Assembly (NCBI RefSeq): GCF_006345805.1
Contig: NC_042998.1
Span: 78,616,001 to 78,680,000, forward strand
Reading direction: 5' to 3'
From: Octopus sinensis
Taxonomy: Eukaryota
Length of the DNA: 64,000 bases
Position numbers and translations under genes: made by a program. The notes under the pieces were generated by a model, which was given only the letters and a program-made list of their open reading frames with translations, searched no databases and was not told the origin of the DNA. Positions 23,711 through 37,153 of this stretch are shown here, piece after piece (position 1 is the stretch's first letter; each line of letters begins with the position of its first letter).

Positions 23711-23957
23711 ATTACTGAACATAAAAACGAACAATGTATATATTCTGTTATTTGCTTCAATCATTTGACTACAACAATGCTGGAGCACCGCCTTTATATA
23801 TATATATATATATAAACATTTTCAACCCTTCTCGTTCTTGACACACACACGCATAGGGTATATGTAGTAGGTACAGTGTAACTGAAGGGTTAAGAACCTC
23901 TCTTTACATCTTGCAGGTCCCGGGTGCGATACCCTTGTGTAGCTTGTTGGCCAAATG

Positions 23958-24030
23958 TCATTTTCTGTGGCTTCGAGTTGATCTGATCTTGCGAGTGAAA
24001 CTATATAGAAACTTATCGAATGCATCCCAG
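23958..24030 (-). CDS. Candidate exon, unknown protein (WDAFDKFLYSFTRKIRSTRSHRK*; alternative frame MHSISFYIV...)
   Basis: Long T-rich tract ending TTACAG at 24031-24033 (minus); two of three frames open. No homology recognised. Confidence 0.25.
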
Positions 24031-25375
24031 CTGTAATTAAAAAAAATGAAATAAATAAAAAGGCTGTCCATAGACATTTTGTATGTTTATTCTGCCGGTG
24101 GGTTGTTATGTTAAGGGTTTATGCATGCTTGTAGAACGCTCAACCACGCCCAACCGAATTCAGGAGCAAGTAATTCAGTTGATCGAACAACTTAATCCTC
24201 ATCGTCGAACGACGGTGATCCGCTGTCGCCAGTGCGTGTGTGTGTGTGTGCGTGTGTTCGTCGCCAATTCTTTAATTTTTCTGGTTCTTGGTTTCCCCAT
24301 TTACACTCTCTTAACTCCTTCCTCTTTCTTTCTCCTTCTTTTCTATCTTGATTCCTTTTTCTGTATAAACTCCCATACCCAATCACTTTTTTTTTTTTTA
24401 TCTATCTTTAGGTTTCTTTTTGTCTGTTTTCCTTTCTTCTATATTTCTCTTTCAAACCATCTCTTACTACTCCCCACTCTTATTTCTTTATGCTCGGCTC
24501 TCCCATTCCGCTCGCTCCCCTCCTCACCTACCTCGTATAACCCAGATGTTGAATAATAATAACTGTTAAGGGACATGACCTCTCTATATTTTTACAAACG
24601 CGCGCATGGGTGCGTGCGTGTGTGCGTGCGCGCGTTTACGTGTGCTCATTTGGGTTAGTTTGTACGCATGTTTATGCATTCGATTATACATACTCCTGTG
24701 CGTTATTATCTGGCGTGTATGTATATCTGTGTGTAGCTATATACTTCTGTGCGTATGTGTACGTTCATGTATGTACCCATTTCATTCCATCTGTGTAGGA
24801 GGTGTGTGATCTAACGCGTTTGAGTTTTATAGCCGTTCATGTGTATGTCTGAATGCATGTAGATTTTATCGCTTTCCATGTCTGTGTGTTTGTGCATAAT
24901 CTTGTTTGCCCGTGTGTATGTATGTGTGTGTAGAGAGAGAAAGAGGGGTGCACGTACGCGCGCGTTTATTATAGGGTGTGTGTGTGTGTTTGTAAGGATC
25001 GGTGTGCTTGTGCATCAGTCAAGCGAATCTAAATATATAGATGAAGCAGAATTTTTTTCAGGAAATTTTGAGATCGACACACAGACAAACAAAGACACGT
25101 TTGTGTGTATGTGTCTTTGGAGTGAAGGCGTGAAAGCGTTGACTTTATTTTTTTTCGAACACATAAACGACATGTATATTTTACGAGTAAATCAATTTGT
25201 CATTATTGATCGCTTTTGATCTTTCCTTTTGATCTTTTTAAGCGGACTTGGTCTCTTGTAACTGTTACCGTTGAATTTTTTATTCAAATTTTGTTGGACG
25301 TTTTTCTTTTTCAAATAAATCAATAAAATGGCCCAAATTTATTGATCCTATATGTATCTGTGAGTGTGTGTATTC

Positions 25376-25392
25376 ATACATACTTGTGTGTG

Positions 25393-25465
<73 letters not shown>

Positions 25466-25579
25466 GCACACATGTATATTCTGTTATATATTGTAACAAC
25501 GAATGATTGGATTGTTTACAGCACTCGTAGAGATTCAGGAATATATATGTATGTGTGTGTATAAATGTGCATATGTGTG

Positions 25580-25618
<39 letters not shown>

Positions 25619-25893
25619 TATATATATGTATATATACATTATATATATGTATATATACATTATATATATGTATATATACATTATATATATGTATATATAC
25701 ATTATATATATGCATGTATATACATGATATATATGTATATATACATTATATATATGCATGTATATACATGATATATATGTATATATATTATATATATATA
25801 TATTATATATATATATATTATATATATGTATGTATATACATTATATATATATATGTATGTATATACATTATATATATATGTATGTATATACAT

Positions 25894-25932
<39 letters not shown>
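25376..25932. repeat. Compound (CA)n/(TA)n microsatellites with a 21-bp minisatellite
   Basis: Unit ATATACATTATATATATGTAT repeats from ~25612 (CATTA at 25616, 25637, ...). Confidence 0.95.
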
Positions 25933-25934
<2 letters not shown>

Positions 25935-26247
25935 CATCATCATCGTTTAACGTCCGTTTTCCACAGCAGCATGGGTTTGACGGTTTGACCGGGGTCTGGG
26001 AAGCCAGGAGGCTGCGCCAGGCTCCAGTCTGATCTTTCAGTTTCCATCTTCCAAATCCACTCACATGGATTTGGTCAGCCTGAGGCTATAGTAGAAGACA
26101 CTTGCCCAAGGTGCTATGCAGTGGAACTGAACCCAGAACCATATGGTTGGTAAGCAAGCTACTTACAACAAAGCCACTCCTGCGCCTTTATATATATATA
26201 TTCATTATATATATGTATATATATATATATATATATATGTATATAGA

Positions 26248-27880
26248 TACTATCTGGGCGGGGAACACTGATGGGGTCAGGGTCGTGGGTATACTTCTTG
26301 CGGAGAAATGGTTTAATAAGGTAATTGAGTCTGGGATGGAATACTTCAGATTTGATTAGTGCTACATCATGGTTTAGTAACCATTATCTTGGTCTATGTT
26401 CCCCATCCTGGGCTACCTAAGAAAGACTGATTTTATGACACCCTCTTGCTGACTACCTCGTTGACAAATGACAGGGACCTTCACTTTGTGGCTGGTGACG
26501 CCAATGGACATGTTGGATAACATGCAGGGGGCTTTCATGGCATACAGGGAACCAGGCTGCTGGAGTTCTGCGATGCAAATGATCTTATGGTTTGCAGTAC
26601 CAAGTTCAGGAAACCTGCCAGTCACCTACCATTCTGGTAGGCACCCTAGCCAAATTGACTACATCCTCACCAGGAAAAGGGAAAGATGGCTGGTATAAAT
26701 GCCAAAACCTTCCCAGGTGAAGAATGTACCCCACAACATAGACTAGTAGTTTGCAACTTCAGGATCAGGGCTAAATGGATGCCCAGAAGTCGACCAGCAT
26801 GGAGGAGAAGGGTCTGGAAGCTTAAAGATTTTGCGAATGGATAGAAATTTAGAGATGTATTATTTGAAACTTTTGACAAAATAAAGTGGGATATAGCATC
26901 ACATGATGTGGAAGACAACTGGCGGTTTCTACGGGAAAACCTGCTGAGGGCCACTTACCAGATCTGTGGATGGTGCAAAGTCCCTTCTCAGCCAAGGTAA
27001 CGTGGTAGTGGAACAATGTTGTTGACTGGGCTATTAGAGAAAAGAAACAGGCTTGGAAGGACAGGAAGAACGGTGGTAGCAGGGAATTGTATCAGACTGC
27101 CAGAAGGGATGCTAGGAAACAGGTTTATTTAGCCAGAGGGGAAGTAGATAAAAAAAAATTTGCCACTGTTCTGTGCCGTAAGGACCAATGATTTGAGGTA
27201 TTTTGTGTTGCAAGATAATGTGTGAGAGAGAATCATGATGTCGTAGGAGAGAAATGTGTCTGCATGGATGATGGTTTGGTTGCATTAAATGAGGCTGCAG
27301 AGAGAGATGTTTGGAGACACCACTATGAAAGATTGCTAAATAAAGAGAATGAATGGGAGAAAGAAAATTTACCTAATGCCGACCCAACAGAGGGACCAGC
27401 TATCCATATTGACTGTACATTGGTAGATAATGCAATTAAGGGCATGAAGACAGGGAAAGCCCCTTGCCCATCAGGAATCACTGCAGAGATGCTCAAAATT
27501 TCTGCTGGTGTCGGCTATAGCCTAGTCACCTGTATAGTCAACCACGTGATACATGAAAGAGTCATACCCAATGACTGGTGTAGTGACACGTTAGATACAA
27601 ATCATTACAGAGGTATCATGTTGTTGGATCAGGTAATGAAGGTCACAGAGAGGGTCATACCCCAACTAATTAGGGGTGGGGGATTCAGTCTAAATGAGAT
27701 GCAGTTTGGGTTTGTGCCAGGGAAAAGCACCACTGATACTATATTTCTGGTAAGACAGCTGCAGGAGAAATACCTAGCCAAAGATAAACTTTGTACCTGG
27801 CTTTCATTGACATGGAGAAAGCCTTTGACAGGGTCCCCCCAGTCCCTTATCTGGTGGTCAATGAGGAAACTAGTGATAGA
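26248..27880 (+). mobile_element. RTE-clade LINE internal fragment: AP-endonuclease, linker and N-terminal RT (pseudogenised)
   Basis: EN motifs VGILLAEKW, GRHPSQIDYIL and QHRLVV; RT motifs KTGKAPCPSGITAEMLK, YRGIMLLDQVMKV and MQFGFVPGKSTTDTIF. Stops, frameshifts and an internal deletion; (TA)n on both sides. Confidence 0.95.
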
Positions 27881-27933
27881 TATATATAAAATTTATATAT
27901 GTATATAAAATTTACATATATATATATAAAATT

Positions 27934-27964
<31 letters not shown>

Positions 27965-28003
27965 GTGTATATATATATATGTGTGTATATATATGTGTAT
28001 ATA

Positions 28004-28038
<35 letters not shown>

Positions 28039-29296
28039 ATGTAAGATGATATTTAATTAACTTCTAATTTCAGATATTTTAGTTTCTTAATAAAAATCTA
28101 TAGTATAATATTAGATGGTATTCTAAACTTTTAATCGTAATTTAGAAACTCAAGTTTAAGAATAATGTCAATTTTAAGAATAACAGTATAATCGATATAT
28201 ATTAATTGTATTATAATTATAAAAATAATAAAAAATTAGATTTTTACTGATTTTTACTAATTTTACTGTCTTTTACTTAGTTCAAAATATTTTTTAATTA
28301 TTTTAAAATTATATGTTGAGTAATTTAGTTTACCTATTTACTGACCTAGAAATTTATTATTTATCAAAGTTAACATAAAAATAAATTAGATTAACCAGAA
28401 AAAAAAAAAGACTATTCCCATCATGCACTCACTTCTGGCTCCTCCTGATTTATTATTATTATATATAATAGAAAATACGTTTGGAGAACTTTTAAATGTT
28501 AATAAGAATTATCTCCTTTACGAAGTAGCTCTCAATCTTCTGTTATACTTTTGATGGTAGCCATGTTTAATTCATGGAGAGAAAATTACCATACAGATAA
28601 GTTAACATTTCTTTTTCCGACTTTTATTCCACATTTCTGTTCATTATTTGCTAAAGTAAAATTATTCCAACAACTTCTAGTTATATAATTTTAGTTTGTC
28701 ATGTCTTAATATACGATGTAAATAACAAAATAAGTTCATATAATCTAGACCTGAAGATTGGCAATGTAACTGTTTAAATATGGTGTTGTATAGAGACATT
28801 CTATTTCAGCAATATCGAGGAATATGTTGTCATGAAATGCATGTAGTCAAAATAATGTAATAAGAATTGAAGGTTTTAATTTTGATAATTTTGAAAAAGA
28901 ATTGTAGATATTACTTTTGATAATTTTAATATTTAGTCCTATATGTACATATTGTGGATAATGTCATTCAATGATGATTGAATTGATAGAGAGTGATTCT
29001 CTCTTAAACCTATCTATTTTTATATATAATGTGTGAAAAAATTATATGGTTAATGGACAATATGTCCAATTTTTCGGCATATTTGGCATTAGAAATTTTT
29101 TCGTTTGCCCTTATTTATGAATTATTTTTATATATATATATTACAATACAGTGAAAGGATACTAAAAAAATTGATTTGGGTAGGTGTAACAAGCATGACT
29201 AACATTTTAAAAATATAAATAAATTATATGCAAAATAAAATTCTTCTTAAGGAAGACCTTATTTTACATATAATTTTCCAAATAACATCAACTCAG

Positions 29297-29445
29297 CCTC
29301 GAGGTAAAACTGTTGTTCGATTACTCAGCTCAAACATCACCAGTTTTCTACTTTCCTTAAAATATGTAAAGTTTCTAACTAATCAAATTATGTAAATGGG
29401 AGAATGACATCTGTACCTTTATCAAAGATATCTGAGATAATCCAG
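29297..29445 (+). other. Candidate plus-strand exon with possible start (MTSVPLSKISEIIQ from 29404)
   Basis: Ends CAG|GTAAGT; ATG has A at -3; lies downstream of a locally CpG-retaining AT-rich stretch. No homology recognised. Confidence 0.25.
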
Positions 29446-29907
29446 GTAAGTGAAAGAAAATAGTATTTACTGTCTAGGAGCTTCCCTGTACTTATCTTCA
29501 TATCCATCATTATGGATCCTTTTGTTATCAAATGAAATATATACCCAGTGGTAGCTATGTGTGTGAGGAGTTATTTAATGTAGAATGCTATGTTTCAGGC
29601 TAGCTACTATCACATGCAATCAATAATAAGAACAATATCCTATATATCCTGGAGAAATTGAGGTAATGGAAACGTTGATCTCTGACTGAGAACTAGAGCA
29701 GATTTTGCTTTATAGTTTTCAAGCCTGTCAGAGCATTTGAAGTTAGTATTGCTTGCAAGTTTACTCAGTGCTGCATCTGCCTACATTTGCAAGCTGCTTT
29801 TGTCCCTATTTATGGTTATAGCTAACAAGAGTGAAACACCTGGTCTTTGAACACAGCAGTGTTAATCAAGGTATACAAGTTATTATATTTTTGTCAACTC
29901 TTCATAC

Positions 29908-29956
29908 TTCATGATCATCTATGTTATCTTCATCTTCATTTTTCCATTGACCAGAT
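29908..29956 (-). CDS. Candidate exon, acidic peptide (SGQWKNEDEDNIDDHE)
   Basis: Acceptor TATTCTCTTACAG, donor GTATGA, purine-rich open frame. Confidence 0.3.
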
Positions 29957-30081
29957 CTGTAAGAGAATACTGGTGCTTGCCTTAATAATTTAGTAGCATC
30001 TTGTGTGATTGTGTGTTGATGAAAGAGATATAGAGTGAGAGAGAGAGAGAGAGATAGGGTGAGTGAATATCTACAAGTGTC

Positions 30082-30334
30082 TCATGCCAAGGAAGATTTA
30101 TATGTCAGTAGTAATCTAGTCATTGGGTGTTGCGGAATGATCATACTGGTTGGTCTTGTTGTTGAAAATAACTGATCTTGAACTGAGTCTAACTTTACAC
30201 ATGATTCCATCTCTCTTTGTTTGTCCACCTCTGTCTCTGATTGCGTCCTGACTGCCTGTTCATTACCCTTTTTATAAGCTGTGCTCAAAGCTTGACTGAT
30301 TTTCAATCAACAATTTTGGATTGTTTAATTTTTA
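30082..30334 (-). CDS. Candidate exon with a single apparent frameshift, unknown protein
   Basis: Acceptor TTACATTCAG, then (x)KIKQSKIVD*. One extra T in GAT TG would fuse it with the 74-codon frame LKISQALSTAYKKGNEQAVRTQSETEVDKQREME.... Confidence 0.25.
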
Positions 30335-31181
30335 CTGAATGTAATGCATAAATTGTTTTAGCTAGATTCGAAAAATTTCTACCTATTTACAAAGAAGACC
30401 ATTGGACAGATTTTTGCTGATGTGATAAAATACTGGTTAAAACAGTTCCAAATCTGAATCATGGTATAAATATGTTAGAAAAGAAAAAAAAAAAAAAAAG
30501 AAATTGCTGAACCATAATTTGATCCTATGTCACAAACTACATTTGCTTATTGGGAAACTTAGCACTATTTTCAAACTCTTGTTCAGTTACACCCTTATCA
30601 ATTTGTGCAAACTATGAACTATTTTGTCATATTTTTAGTATGTACCAAAGTTCTAATGTCTTTTAGGAGCCAACCTGAATGTTTTCATTGCATAATTGGA
30701 GTCGTCCACATTTTTTCTTTTTAAATAAAGCTAGTTTACTAACTCAATTTGTTTTGATGGTATTGAGAAGCACAATCTGCTTATCCTTTCCTGTCAGCAT
30801 CAAAATTAATCTCATTGATTATGTGACAACTGTCAAACTGCACTAAAGGCCTTCAGTGCACTTGCAATTAGCACATTGCTTCATGTGTGTCAATAAATAG
30901 GATGCAATACTTCAGCAAACAAGTAATGCATTTTAAGAACTGTGTTGCAAAGGTTGGTTATGTTGCATATTTTCATATGCATTTATATAATATAATTGAA
31001 TCCATCAAATAAGTAATCTATTTCTCACTAGTATAATGGCTGTTTGAGTTATGTAACTGCAGATTAATAGGTGTTAAATTTTCTTTAGATATATATATAC
31101 AGCAAATGTGACCTCCAATAACTTCTACACACTCCAACAAAACATTTACAAAGATGCAAAGTAACTAAAGGGCTATAAAAC

Positions 31182-31215
<34 letters not shown>

Positions 31216-32215
31216 TTTCATTTTCAAGATATTTCCCCTGGTCTTTTGAACACAACAGTACTGTCTATAAAGATATATATGTATGTGTGTTGTTATACTT
31301 GTTTGTGTGCATATACGCACAAAATGTAACGATGTGGATCGTTTGCGATTTTTTTTTTTTTCTCCTCCATTTTCCTTTCCTCTTGGACTTTCCTCTGTCT
31401 CCTGTTTCTGAAGAAGAGCTTTGCTTGAAACATAAAACTACCTTTCTTTCCTTCCCTGAGCATCTGCTGATACTTTACATGTACCATGGCCTCGCATTGT
31501 TGTTTTTTCTTCTGTTTTTTCTTCATTTTTGGGGTACTATATATATATATTTACACACACACACACACACTAATGGTACACCATCAGTTATGACAATGAG
31601 GGTTGATCCGATGAAGCCTGTTTATGACATTAATGTGCGGATGGCTGTTTATCCTTAATGTAATTCTGAGGGAGAGTCAGCATGATACAGATTGTGACAA
31701 GGCTGGCCCTTTGAAATACAGATACAATTCATTTTTGCCATCTGAGTAGACTGGAGTAACAGGAAATAAAGTGTCGCACCCAAGGACACAACACGCTGCA
31801 AGGAACTGAACTCATGACCTTACAACTGTGAGCCAAATACCTTATACGCATACATGTAATATACACACATATATATATATATATATGATATGTATGTGTA
31901 TATATAATGTACATAGACACACACATACGCACACATATATATATATAAAGAGAGTGAGAGTTAGATATAGTCATATTTAGTGGTTCAATAAAAAACAACT
32001 GATAGAATTAGAACCAAACTTAAAACTGGTAAGAAAAGTACTGGGAGTAATTTGTTCCACTAAACCTTTCAAGGTGGTGCCCCAGCATGGCTGCAGTCTA
32101 ATGACTGAAACAAATAATGAAAGACTATATATATGTATATGCGCCATACTAATACAATTGTTTGTTTATATTCCATCTGCCTTCGTCTTTTGTTTATTTT
32201 CATAAAGCTTCCCGT

Positions 32216-32247
<32 letters not shown>

Positions 32248-32260
32248 GTATATATGTATA

Positions 32261-32478
32261 TTCTTTTACTTGTTTCAGTCATTAGACTGCAGCTATGGAA
32301 CTTTTAGTCACACTAATTGACCCCAGTACTATTGATCTCTTTTGCCAAAGTGCTATGTTACAGAGACACAAACACACCAACATCAGCTGTCAAGTGGTGG
32401 TGGATAACAAACACAAAGGCTAAGAGACACACATACATATATTAATAGTAATGGTATGACAACAAAGGAATGAATGAG

Positions 32479-32530
<52 letters not shown>

Positions 32531-33006
32531 ATATGTATATAATCATCATCATCGTTTAGTGTCCGCTTTCCATGCTAGCATGGGTTATATATATATATAT
32601 GATGGGCTTGTTTCAGATTCTGTCTATGAAATCTACCCACAAGGCTTTGGTCAGCGTGGGGTTATATTAGAAGACACTTGCCCAAGGTGCCATGCAGTGG
32701 GACTGAACCTGGAACCATGTGGTTGGGAAGCAAGCTACTTCCCACACAGCCACACCTGTGCTGTGACGGGGATATAAACACACCAGCATCGGTTGTCAAG
32801 CAATGCTAAGGGGACAAACACACACACACATACATATATATACATATATACGACAGGCTTCTTTCAGTTTCCGTCTACCAAATCCACTCACAAGGCATTG
32901 GTCGGCCTGGGGCTATAGCAGAAGACACTTCCCCAAGATGCCACGCAGTGGGACTGAACCCAGAACCATGTGGTTGGTTAGCAAGCTACTTACCACACAG
33001 CCACTC
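32261..33006 (-). mobile_element. Family B CORE-type SINE pieces (at least two interleaved copies)
   Basis: Reverse-complement heads CCACACAGCCAC at ~32750 and ~33000, CORE-like GACACTTGCCCAAGGTGCC, tail TTACTTGTTTCAGTCATT. Confidence 0.75.
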
Positions 33007-35493
33007 CTATACACATGTATGTATAGATATGTATATATATACATATCTACATTTGAGCGAGGTTGTTGCCAGTGCCGCTGGACTGGCTCCTGTGCAGGTA
33101 GCATGTAAAAAATACCATTTGAGCATGGCCGTTGCCAGTACCGCCTGACTGGCCCTCGTGCCGGTGACACATAAAAGCACCCACTTCACTCTCAGGCATT
33201 AGGAAGGGCATCCAGCTGTAGAAAATCTGCCAGATCAGATTGGAGCCTGGTGCAGCCATCTGGTTCACCAGTCCTCAGTCAAATCGTCCAACCCATTCTA
33301 GCATGGATAGCAGACGTTAAACGATGATGATGATATGTGTATGTATATATTTACATATGTATGCATGTATGTATACATAATATACATGTATATAAGTATA
33401 TATATAAATATACAGAGATGTATATAAATATACATCTATATATGTATATATATGTAAATTTATGTTTGTATATATGGATATATGCACATTATGTAAATAT
33501 AAATGTATATTTGTATATATGTGTCATCATTTAATGTCCATGTTCCTTGCTGGCATGGGTTGGACATATATGCATACATACATGTGTGCGTGTGTGTTTG
33601 TGTGTATACTTACATAGATTCACGTTCATATTTTCATCTATATGCATATGTCGTCACACATCTACTTGCAATAAAATCATCTTTCTGTATAAATATCTGT
33701 ATATAAATTAGATTTTCTTAATGTATTGTTAAGAGATATTTATCTGTTTGTATTATTTATTTATTCATTTATTTATTTATTTGTTTAAACTCACTCCCCC
33801 CCCCCACCCCGTTACTCCTCTTTTTTTTCTTTTTCTTTTTTTTCCTTTCCAGTATTTAATTGATGTTGTGTTTAACCCTCTTCCGCTACCACCTACATTT
33901 CTCTGTGCATCAGCACAAGCAAGCAGTGGTGCTTGTGCTGGCTGCTGCTATTGTAATCGTTGCTTGTTTAAGTTATAGTAGTAGTTAACATAGTACAACC
34001 TGCTAAGAGTACAAACTGCACTCTTGTCAGTGCACTGCATAATATATAACTAAATTATATCAATGATAATGGTAGTAATGATCTCGTTTTTTCTCTCTCT
34101 CCTTTCTCTCTCTCTCCCGCTCTCTGTGTGTGTATATGTATATATATATATATATATATATAAGCACACAAACTGAAAAGTCAATAGCTTGCTCTATTTT
34201 ATGTAACTGCAGTTGACCTTGCGCTTATCATGGTTCTGATTGTGTTCTTCTTTAGGTGCTGGTCTGCTTTGATTGAGAAAGCATATGACCAAAGTTAGTC
34301 TTACCATGACCATACCATTGGTTTCTTTCTTTCTTCAGAATTAGTGTATCCAACACTGTATCACATTGCAAATGATGGCACTTCAGTTTTTACATTTGTT
34401 GTTAATGCTAGTTGTACTAATTCTGCTAGATTTGGTTCCATCGGTGGTTATTGTAGTGACGTTAGTTGTTGTGGTGGAAAATTGCTGTAGAGGTGGTTTT
34501 CATATACAGTGCTGATGATGTTAGTTGTAATGGCGATTAGGCCAATGGTAATCTTTGTTTTGTTAATATTCAGAAGTGGAGGTCGTTGTGCATGGGAAAG
34601 TGAAGTCAACTGATATGGTGGAGAAGACGGATAATAATGCCGATGTCACTGGTTATTATTGTGGATCTGGTGGTACTGTCTTTTGTGCAGCAACTGGAGG
34701 TAGATTAAAGAGGAGGAATTTCTAGTAGATTGCAGCAGCAGTATGTGTAGTAATAATACTAGTAGTAGTAACATTAATAAAGGTAGTACAAGTCTGTTGT
34801 CAACATTGCTATTGCTGCTGTTCACCCACCACCCCAGTCAGCATTTCATTGGGTGCACTATAAGAAATTGGAACAGCAATCTAATCTTTCTCTTCTGTCT
34901 CTCTCTCTCTCTTTACTCTCTATCTCTCTTTCTTCTCTCTCTCTAACATATACACATGCGCATGCATACATACTATTCCTTCCTTTCATTCTGTTGTATT
35001 TTATTGCTATTTTTATTTTTAATCCATTGTTCACTATTATTTATTGATTACTTGATTGATGGTGGTGGAGGCTAGAAGACAACACAACTGAAAGGCCTAT
35101 TACATAGATCAAATGACTATAACAAACAACAACCACATCTGTAATAATAATAATAATAATAATAATAATTATAGTAAATGATAATGGTAGTAATAACGAT
35201 AGTAATAAAATATCATAATACTTATGATGATGAAGATAAATAAGACAAATATATATATAATGTACAAATAAATGATCTAAATAACATCTTACAATAAATT
35301 TCAAAAAATATAAACAAACAAGCACATTTACATTCAGAGTTGATTAAGTGCACCTTTCTCTGTTACATCAAAGCTAGGAAAATGTGCATCAAGTTGTTGA
35401 GTGCAGTAGATGCATATGTGTGTGTGTGTGTGTACAAGCTTTGTGTGTGTCTGTGTGTTAGTTGAGGGATGAAAATAATAGGTGCACACTGTG

Positions 35494-35525
<32 letters not shown>

Positions 35526-35783
35526 CATGAGTGTGTGTGTGTGCGTTTGCCCATTTGCTTTTGTCTTTGCATATGTGTCTGTTACTGCATGTGGGCGTCT
35601 GTATACCTGCATGGTTGTATATCTGTGATTTTTATCTGTGTGTTTGAAGGAATACGTGTGGTTGTACTGCTGATGCATGTGTGTGTGTGTGTATCTGTGA
35701 GTGAGAAACATTTTCCTTGTCTGTATGTGCATGTCTGAGTGCAAGTTCACCTCTTTTTACCTGTATTACGTGCTGTCTTGCGA

Positions 35784-35816
<33 letters not shown>

Positions 35817-35859
35817 TTCATGTGTGTTTTCCTGTGTACTGTTAACATTTTTGGCAACA

Positions 35860-36310
35860 GCAGGAGTGGTGTCAATGTTGATGCTTGTAAGGGTGGATAT
35901 ACTGATGATGGGAGTGATGGCGATGATGCTAGTAGCGGTAGTGTTAGCAGTGTCGGCAGGGGGGCTTCTGTTCTTTCTAAATGTTAGTGGTGGAGACAGT
36001 GGGGGTGGTCTTGATAGTGATGGCAGCAGTGTTCTTGCTTTTTTTGATGATAGCAGTGATGGTGGTGAGAGCGAAGTAGATCAGGCAGTGGTAGGTTTGA
36101 GATAAAAGTAAGGGCAGCGGAGGTAGTGTTGGCTCTGATTGCTGTGGTGGTGGTGGTGGTGGTGTTGATGATAATGGCAGTGATGGCAGTAGTGACAGTA
36201 ATAAAATCAGTGGTTGTGGTACTGATAGCCATAGTAGTGATGGTATTGGTTGATGTTACTGGTGATGGCAAATTGTGGTTCTGTTGATGGTGGTGGCATC
36301 TTTTGAGTGC
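35860..36310. repeat. Degenerate (GGT/GAT/AGT)n low-complexity tract
   Basis: Directly visible; explains the Thr/His-rich pseudo-ORF 35984-36367. Confidence 0.85.
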
Positions 36311-36654
36311 GGATGGAGAGAGGAGGGATTTAAATCTAAGTGGTGTGGGTGAATAAAGAAAGAGCAAGGGGGAGGAGAAATCTACAGACTTCTGTTCTCA
36401 AAGTTCACTGGGTCCAGAATAGTTGCAGGCATTTCATTACCAATATTAGCTGAAATTATGTTATACATATTGACTGTAGAAATATTTCAGCATGGAGATT
36501 TGTCTGACATTTCATCTGTTTCTGCTTCCGTTGTGCAGATGTATATGGATTTATATTTGTAGTTATGTTTATATATATATTCTACATCTGCACCCACCCA
36601 CATACATACCATTTATACAATATAATATTATATACATATGTGTATATATATATA

Positions 36655-36695
<41 letters not shown>

Positions 36696-36720
36696 TAAAG
36701 ATGTATACAATGTATATATA

Positions 36721-36887
36721 GGCGTAGCAGTGGCTGTGTGGTAAGTAGCTTGTTTACCAACCACATAGTTCTGGGTTCAGTCCCACTGCGTGGCACCTTG
36801 GGCAAGTGTCTTCTACTATAGCCTCAGGCCAACCAAAGCTTTGTGAGTGGATTTGTTAGACGGAAACTGAAAGAAGCCTATCGTATT

Positions 36888-36935
<48 letters not shown>

Positions 36936-37153
36936 CGTGTGTCTTTGTGTGTCTGTGTTTGTCCTCCCCAACATTGCTTGACAACCGATGCTGGTGCATT
37001 TACGTCCCTGTAACTTAGTGGTTTGGCAAATGAGACCGATAGAATAAGTACTAGGTTTACAAGGAATAAGTCCTGGGGTCGATTTTGCTCGACTAAAGGT
37101 GGTGCTCCAGCATGGCCACAGTCAAATGACTGAAACTAGTAAAAGAGTAAAGA
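36721..37153 (+). mobile_element. Full-length family B SINE (tRNA head, CORE-like domain, internal (TA)n, CR1-like tail)
   Basis: TGGCTGTGTGGTAAG A-box, GGTTCAGTCCC B-box, CACCTTGGGCAAGTGTCTT CORE-like segment, (TA)n at ~36890-36930, tail AAAGGTGGTGCTCCAGCATGGCC...TGAAACTAGTAAAAG. Confidence 0.9.

Noticed and set aside
28030-29290. Very AT-rich stretch as a possible NUMT
   Set aside because: No recognisable mitochondrial protein, rRNA or tRNA motif.
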